This document shows, in pieces, positions 58,082 to 64,000 of a stretch of 64,000 nucleotides of DNA (position 1 is its first letter; each line of letters opens with the position of its first letter). Position numbers and translations under genes: made by a program. Source of the DNA: Bacilli bacterium (GTDB lineage Bacteria; Bacillota_I; Bacilli_A; RF39; UBA660). The notes under the pieces were generated by a model. The model was given only the letters and a program-made list of their open reading frames with translations, did not search any database and had not been told where the DNA came from. The DNA lies in NCBI GenBank assembly GCA_017428495.1, contig JAFRQS010000032.1, forward strand, positions 148-64,147, in the 5' to 3' direction.

Positions 58082-58941
58082 TGATTATAGTAATAATTGG
58101 ACCGACTGGTGTTGGTAAAACAAAATTATCACTTTCACTAGCTCATAAATATAATGCAGAAATAATAAATGCTGATGCCATGCAAGTATATAAAGAAATG
58201 AATATAGGTACAGCTAAAGTAGAAGATACTGAAGGTATAGTACATCATTTATTAAGTATTAGAAGTGTAGATAATCCTTATTCTGTATATGAATATCAAA
58301 AAGATGGTAGAAAAGTATTAGATAAATTAATAAATGAAAACAAGATTGTAATAATAGTTGGTGGTACAGGATTATATATTAAGGCTTTACTATATGATTA
58401 TAGATTTAATGATGAAGATAGTAGTGAAGTTTATGATAATCTTTCTAATGAAGAAATATTAAATGAAATAAGAAAAGCAGAAGATACTGATATACATATA
58501 AACAATAGAAAAAGACTTGTAAGAGCTTTAAATAGGATAAAAAATAATAATGGAACTAGTAATAATGGCAATGAATTATTATATAAGAATGTATATTTTA
58601 TAGGACTTACTACTGATAGAGATATATTGTATAAAAGAATTAATGATAGAGTAGATGAGATGGTTAGTGATGGACTACTTAATGAAGTAAAAGATTTATA
58701 TGATAAAAATATAAATACTATACCTATAAATACAGCTATTGGTTATAAAGAATTATATAAATATTTTAATAATGAAATAAGTATAGAAGATGCAATAAAT
58801 TTAATAAAGAGAAATTCAAGAAGATATGCTAAAAGACAATACACATGGATTAATAATAAAATGGATGTTAAATGGTTTGATGTTAATTTTAATGATTTTA
58901 ATTCTACTATTAAAGAAGTAGAAGAATATTTACAAAAATAA
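58081..58941 (+). CDS. miaA: tRNA dimethylallyltransferase
   Basis: GPTGVGKT, DAMQVY..IGTAK, GGTGLY, AIGYKE, YAKRQYTW. Confidence 0.96.
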   Translation: MIIVIIGPTGVGKTKLSLSLAHKYNAEIINADAMQVYKEMNIGTAKVEDTEGIVHHLLSIRSVDNPYSVYEYQKDGRKVLDKLINENKIVIIVGGTGLYIKALLYDYRFNDEDSSEVYDNLSNEEILNEIRKAEDTDIHINNRKRLVRALNRIKNNNGTSNNGNELLYKNVYFIGLTTDRDILYKRINDRVDEMVSDGLLNEVKDLYDKNINTIPINTAIGYKELYKYFNNEISIEDAINLIKRNSRRYAKRQYTWINNKMDVKWFDVNFNDFNSTIKEVEEYLQK

Positions 58942-59123
58942 GTTTATATTAAAAATAAAAGTACAAATAATAGAATAATAATTTAGTATTTGTACTTTTT
59001 GTATGTAATTATATATTTAATTTTAAAATGTAATAAGTACATAATAATTACTTTTTATTTAGTTAAATCTTTTATTTAGTACTATAATTTGATATAATTA
59101 TATTGGATGCTAGAGGTGAAATT

Positions 59124-61340
59124 ATGGCAAAGAGAAAAAAGAGAAAAAGTGAAGAAAAAGAAAGTAAACACGGGTTCGAATTAATAGGACTTTTGTGGAT
59201 TTTAATATCTATAATTGGTTTTGGTGGTTCTGAGATATTTGGACCTGTTGGTAAGGTTATATCAAATTTTAGTATATTTCTTACAGGTTCTTTATGGATT
59301 GTTCCTTTAATATTTGTGTTTGTATTTGGTGCATATGAAGTAATAAAAAATGAGAAAATTAAAGCTTTATCACTTAGGTTATTTGGAGTATATTTAGTAG
59401 TTATTGGATTACTTGTATTCTGTCATATTAATTATGTTACTAAAAATAATGCAGAAATTATGGCTACATTAGAAAGTACAGTAGATCAATTATTAAGTGT
59501 GTTTGGTAATAATTTAGATCCAAATGGTGGTGGAATTATAGGTGCTGCATTCTCATTATTGTTTGTGAAATTATTTTCTGTAAAGGGTACTTATATTGTT
59601 TCTATATTTTTAATAGTTTGTGGAATAATTATTGCATTTAATATATCTATAATTAATATTATTAAGAAGATGTTATCAAATCTTAAGAATATGTCATTTA
59701 AAAGGGAATTTAAGAAGCAAGGAATTACAGTTAATGTAGAAGAAGATCATGAAGATGAAGTAGAAGATTTAACTGGTAAAAAGATTATTAGTAGTTTAGA
59801 TGAGTTAGATGATAGTAAGGAGGAAGAAGAGCAGGAAGAACTTGAAGCTTCTACTATTAGTTATGAAGAGACAGTTGTAGATAATTATGTTCTTCCAGAT
59901 TTTAGAACTATTTTAAAGAAACCTACTAAGGTTAATAGTAGTGAAAATAAGGCTGTAATTAGAGAAAATGTAGAAAAACTAGAAAGGGTTCTTAGTGATT
60001 TTGATATAGTTGCAAAAGTTGTAGCTATTAATGTAGGGCCATCTATTACTCAATATGAAATGGAATTAAAAAGTGGTACTAAGGTTAATAAAGTATTATC
60101 AATTTCAAGAGAAATAGCATTAGCTCTTGCAGCAAAAGATATAAGAATACAGGCTCCAATACCTGGTAAGAGTACCATAGGTATAGAATTGCCTAATAAG
60201 ACAAGTGTGGGAGTTACATTAAGAGAAATAATGGAAGATATTCCTAAATCTATGGAAAGTTCAAAGCTTGCAGTTGCATTAGGTAAAAACATAATGGGTA
60301 AGACAATGTTTATGGAGATAAATAAGACACCACACTTACTTGTAGCTGGTGCAACAGGTAGTGGTAAATCTGTATGTATAAATTCCATAATAGTTACATT
60401 GCTTCTTAGAACTAAGCCGAGTGAAGTTAAAATGGTATTAGTTGATCCTAAAAAGGTTGAAATGAGTATGTATAATGGTGTGCCACATTTACTTATGCCA
60501 GTTGTAACAGATCCTAAAAAAGCAAGTATTGCACTTATGAAAATGGTATCTGAAATGGAAAGAAGATATAGTTTGTTTGAAGAAACGCGCACTAAGAATA
60601 TTGGTGATTATAATAAATATGTTGAGGATAGAAGAAGAAACTTAAATGGAAAATTTGAAAAATTACCTTATATAGTAATAATAATTGATGAACTTGCTGA
60701 TTTAATGCTAGTAGCAGCAAAGGAAGTAGAAGATTCAATATTAAGAATTACTCAAATGGCTAGAGCAGCAGGTATACATTTAATTGTAGCAACACAAAGA
60801 CCATCAACAGATGTTATTACAGGTATTGTTAAAGCAAATATTCCATCACGTATTTCATTTGCGGTTTCATCAAGTATTGATTCAAGAACAATTCTTGATA
60901 TGACAGGTGCAGAAAAATTACTTGGTAAAGGTGATATGTTATTCTTACCAATGGGTGAAAATAGTCCTGTTAGAATTCAAGGAGCTTATGTATCCGATGA
61001 TGAAATAAATAAAGTTATTGATTATGTAGTTGGACAACAAAAGGCTCAATTTGATAATAAATTTAATTTGGATGCAACTGCTACTACTATGCATAATGAT
61101 GATGTAGATAGTAGTGATGTTGATGAAAAAGATGATCCTCTATATAAAGAGATTGTTGAATTTGTAGTAAAAACAGGAAAAGCCTCTGCATCTTTACTTC
61201 AAAGAAAGTATAAGCTTGGTTATAATAGAGCAGCAAGGATAATAGATTTGTTGGAAGAAAGAGGTATAGTGGGTCCTCAAAATGGTTCAAAACCTAGAGA
61301 GGTTTTAGTTAAGTTAGAAGAAAAAGGTGATGAAGAGTGA
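59124..61340 (+). CDS. ftsK: DNA translocase FtsK/SpoIIIE
   Basis: N-terminal TM domain, PHLLVAGATGSGKS, IDELADLM, ATQRPS, gamma domain LQRKYKLGYNRAAR. Confidence 0.96.
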   Translation: MAKRKKRKSEEKESKHGFELIGLLWILISIIGFGGSEIFGPVGKVISNFSIFLTGSLWIVPLIFVFVFGAYEVIKNEKIKALSLRLFGVYLVVIGLLVFCHINYVTKNNAEIMATLESTVDQLLSVFGNNLDPNGGGIIGAAFSLLFVKLFSVKGTYIVSIFLIVCGIIIAFNISIINIIKKMLSNLKNMSFKREFKKQGITVNVEEDHEDEVEDLTGKKIISSLDELDDSKEEEEQEELEASTISYEETVVDNYVLPDFRTILKKPTKVNSSENKAVIRENVEKLERVLSDFDIVAKVVAINVGPSITQYEMELKSGTKVNKVLSISREIALALAAKDIRIQAPIPGKSTIGIELPNKTSVGVTLREIMEDIPKSMESSKLAVALGKNIMGKTMFMEINKTPHLLVAGATGSGKSVCINSIIVTLLLRTKPSEVKMVLVDPKKVEMSMYNGVPHLLMPVVTDPKKASIALMKMVSEMERRYSLFEETRTKNIGDYNKYVEDRRRNLNGKFEKLPYIVIIIDELADLMLVAAKEVEDSILRITQMARAAGIHLIVATQRPSTDVITGIVKANIPSRISFAVSSSIDSRTILDMTGAEKLLGKGDMLFLPMGENSPVRIQGAYVSDDEINKVIDYVVGQQKAQFDNKFNLDATATTMHNDDVDSSDVDEKDDPLYKEIVEFVVKTGKASASLLQRKYKLGYNRAARIIDLLEERGIVGPQNGSKPREVLVKLEEKGDEE

Positions 61341-62020
61341 GAGGAGAGAATTATTACTTAATATTAGTTATGAAATCTGGCCAATTATATAGAGTTTATC
61401 GAAAACCTATAACATTGCGTATGATGGATGAAAGAACTACTAAATATGAAAATAAAGATGAACTAGTAAGAACTATAATTGCAAATACAGGTGTCCCAAT
61501 AAGAATTAGTGATGTATTAAGTGTTAAAATAATGATGCAGCCTAATAAAGAAAAAGAAGTATATAAAAATGAAAAAGGGCCATTATATAGGAAAGATAAT
61601 GGAGTACTAAGTATGGATTCTGTTGCTGCTAAATTTGAACTTTTAGCAAAAGATAAGTCTTTTGTAAGAAAATTTATAAAAAAATATAAAGGTATTAAAA
61701 ATTTTAATGGTATTGCATCTTCAATAGAAGCAGCTTTAAATAATGATGAAGATTATTTAGAGGATTTGGCTTGTTTGTCAGAAAAATTATTTTCAACATA
61801 TAAAGGCTCTAGAAATATATATTTAGCAATGAGAGCTTATGAACAAGAAAAGAAAATGAAGAAACAGAAAAAAGAATTATCAGTATATGATGTATCTGAA
61901 GATGAAAAAGAAGAAATGGAGATTGAATATTTAAAAGAACATGAAAGAGAATTGTTGGATATAGATGATTTTGTTGGTAAGGAAGATTTATCTCCATTTG
62001 ATGCTCATAAGAAAAAATAG
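61337..62020 (+). CDS. Hypothetical protein
   Basis: 227-aa ORF overlapping the ftsK stop (GTGA). Confidence 0.7.
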   Translation: MRGENYYLILVMKSGQLYRVYRKPITLRMMDERTTKYENKDELVRTIIANTGVPIRISDVLSVKIMMQPNKEKEVYKNEKGPLYRKDNGVLSMDSVAAKFELLAKDKSFVRKFIKKYKGIKNFNGIASSIEAALNNDEDYLEDLACLSEKLFSTYKGSRNIYLAMRAYEQEKKMKKQKKELSVYDVSEDEKEEMEIEYLKEHERELLDIDDFVGKEDLSPFDAHKKK

Positions 62021-62058
62021 AATTAATGTATATTAATTCTTTTTAGTAGGGGATTTAT

Positions 62059-62952
62059 ATGACTATAGATGAGTTTATAAAATATTTAAAAATAGAAAAA
62101 AATTATAGTAAGTACACAATTATGAATTATGAATTAGATATAAATGATTTTATTAGTTTTTGTAATGAAGAAAAAATAAATATATATAAAATTAATTATA
62201 ATGAAGTAAAAAAATATTTAATTAAATTATATGATAAAAAATATAAAGCATCTACTATATCTAGAAAGATAAGTTCATTAAGAATGTATTATAAATTTTT
62301 GTATAATAATAAATTTGTAGATAAAAATATATTTAAATATATATCACTTCCTAAGAAGGAGAAGAGATTACCTAAATATATGACTAATACAGATATAGAT
62401 GAAATATTTAATATACCTAATATAAAAACGCCAATAGGTCAAAGAAATAGACTTATTCTGGAATTGTTATATAGTACAGGTATTAGAGTATCTGAATTAT
62501 GTAATATAAAAATAAATGATATTAATTTTGGAGAAAAGAGCATAAGAATATTAGGTAAGGGTTCTAAAGAAAGAATAGTATTATATGGTAAACCATGTGA
62601 AGAAATATTAGAAAAATATATAGAAGATGGAAGAAAAGTATTATTAAATGGAAAAAATAATGAATATTTAATAGTGGGAACTAATAAAGGAAATAGATCA
62701 TTTAGTACTAGAAGTGTAGAATTAATTATTGATGATATAATAAAAAAAGCAGCACTTAATAAAAATGTTACTCCTCATACTTTGAGACATACTTTTGCAA
62801 CTCATTTATTAAATGAAGGCTGTGATATATTAATTGTTAAGGAATTGTTAGGACATTCATCATTAGATACTACAGGAATATATACTCATGTTTCTAATGA
62901 AAGATTAAGAAAAGTATATTTGAATAGTCATCCTAGAGCAAAAAAAGATTGA
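62059..62952 (+). CDS. xerC: Tyrosine recombinase XerC
   Basis: TGIRVSEL, GKGSKER, PHTLRHTFATHLL, LLGHSSLDTTGIYTH; XerC versus XerD assignment is tentative. Confidence 0.85.
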   Translation: MTIDEFIKYLKIEKNYSKYTIMNYELDINDFISFCNEEKINIYKINYNEVKKYLIKLYDKKYKASTISRKISSLRMYYKFLYNNKFVDKNIFKYISLPKKEKRLPKYMTNTDIDEIFNIPNIKTPIGQRNRLILELLYSTGIRVSELCNIKINDINFGEKSIRILGKGSKERIVLYGKPCEEILEKYIEDGRKVLLNGKNNEYLIVGTNKGNRSFSTRSVELIIDDIIKKAALNKNVTPHTLRHTFATHLLNEGCDILIVKELLGHSSLDTTGIYTHVSNERLRKVYLNSHPRAKKD

Positions 62953-63010
62953 AATAATATTTTATTTGTGTATAATAAAATTTGTAGGAAAATGATGGTA
63001 GGTGTTTGGT

Positions 63011-63313
63011 ATGAGTTATATTGTAAAAGGTGGTGCATATATAAATGAAGATAGATATGCACAAGTATTTATGAGAGCATATAATGAATTAACTCCAATG
63101 GAACAGAAAATAATATATGAAGCAAAGGTTAACAATGATAATAGATTGTATTCTGAATATTTAAAAATAGTTGTTAAGTTAGCAAGTAGTATATTTGATG
63201 AGGATGAATCATTAGGAATATTAGTTTATAGAAGAATGCTTCCTAATATAGTTTTAGAGAGCGATGAAGACGTTAAAGCATTTAATGATAAAATGAAAAG
63301 TAAGGTTAAATAA
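63011..63313 (+). CDS. Hypothetical protein
   Basis: About 100-aa ORF with upstream tgtataat. Confidence 0.55.
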   Translation: MSYIVKGGAYINEDRYAQVFMRAYNELTPMEQKIIYEAKVNNDNRLYSEYLKIVVKLASSIFDEDESLGILVYRRMLPNIVLESDEDVKAFNDKMKSKVK

Positions 63314-63323
63314 CCTTACTTTT

Positions 63324-64000
63324 TTAATTTGATTTTTGTTCATTCATATAATGATCATATCTAATCTTTAATTCAGCATCATAAATTTTTAATTCATTCT
63401 TTTCTCTTAACCAATCTAATGCAAAGATAGATATGTTTTCTGTATTACTAATTAAATTGTTAATTAATGTATCTTTAATATTATCTTTAGCTTCCTCTAA
63501 TTTTGGTTTATCTTTTTGATCAGTCTTAAGTATAATATGATATCCAAATTGAGTTTTTACTGGTTCTTTAGTATATTCATTAACTTTCAATGCTACAGCA
63601 GCATCTTCAAATTCTGAAACCATTTCACCTCTATTAAAGTAACCTAAATTGCCACCATCAGATGCACTTGAATCTTTAGAGTATTCTTTTGCTAAATCTT
63701 CGAATTTTGCACCATCATTTAATTTTTTAATAACTTCTTTTGCAGTAGCTAAAGCTTTTTCTTCAGCAGCCTTTTTTTCTTCATCAGTCATATCATCAGT
63801 AGCTTCAGATTTAATTAGTATGTGACTTGCTTTAATATCACCAATAGTCTTCTCATTATAGTATTTTTCAATATCTTTATCAGTTATTAAAGTTGCAGCA
63901 TAATCTTTAATTGCTAATTCTCTTTTGTAAGACATTTCTAATAAGTTTTTCAATGCTTTTTCACTAGCTATATTATTATAACTTAAGAAATCTTGAAAAT
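63324..64000 (-). CDS. prsA: Parvulin-type peptidyl-prolyl isomerase PrsA (5' end outside window)
   Basis: KASHILI, FEDLAKEYS, GGNLG, MVSEFE, TQFGYHII. Confidence 0.9.
   Translation of the reverse strand, partial: FQDFLSYNNIASEKALKNLLEMSYKRELAIKDYAATLITDKDIEKYYNEKTIGDIKASHILIKSEATDDMTDEEKKAAEEKALATAKEVIKKLNDGAKFEDLAKEYSKDSSASDGGNLGYFNRGEMVSEFEDAAVALKVNEYTKEPVKTQFGYHIILKTDQKDKPKLEEAKDNIKDTLINNLISNTENISIFALDWLREKNELKIYDAELKIRYDHYMNEQKSN

Noticed and set aside
870-61997. Short minus-strand ORFs in the track overlapping long plus-strand genes (for example 870-1136, 15755-16255, 21902-22375, 60050-60592)
   Set aside because: Antisense shadows of well-supported genes, low-complexity I/L/S/F composition, no RBS or motifs
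1-64000. Mycoplasma-type genetic code 4, rRNA or tRNA genes
   Set aside because: Conserved genes read through with TGG for Trp and some end at TGA (xerC, ftsK); no GC-rich rRNA or cloverleaf sequence seen

Overview
Very AT-rich (roughly 25% GC by eye) bacterial chromosome segment, standard genetic code, genes almost all on the + strand. Gene content (T-boxes, SAM-I, YvcK, FtsK, XerC, many prepilin-like genes) points to a low-GC Bacillota, probably an uncultured gut Bacilli lineage such as RF39 (inference). Layout: (1) 1-14 kb accessory region with Fic, nitroreductases, a deleted/frameshifted large serine recombinase followed directly by an array of single unrelated genes separated by a repeated intergenic element, a T-box-controlled asnA and several gene remnants; (2) ABC transporters and an RsgI-like Cys-rich protein; (3) agmatine deiminase pathway interleaved with potABCD; (4) SAM-I riboswitch plus a miniature MetK, T-box plus hisS and an archaeal-type aspS; (5) two tandem type IV pilin-like genes, the first with a strongly A-depleted C-terminal segment resembling a DGR variable region; (6) a LysR-controlled nine-gene operon of unknown product (PHP phosphoesterases, HprK-like kinases, AHCY-like protein, APH-like kinase, epimerase, dehydrogenases, Ugd); (7) housekeeping genes uvrC, murI, mutL, miaA, ftsK, xerC, prsA. 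Best candidates for undescribed systems: the recombinase-linked repeat/cassette array (2.1-9 kb), the AHCY-like/HprK-like operon (41-51 kb) and the putatively diversified pilin (39.8 kb). No rRNA, tRNA or CRISPR array was seen. All calls are from motif recognition by eye; no database search was run.
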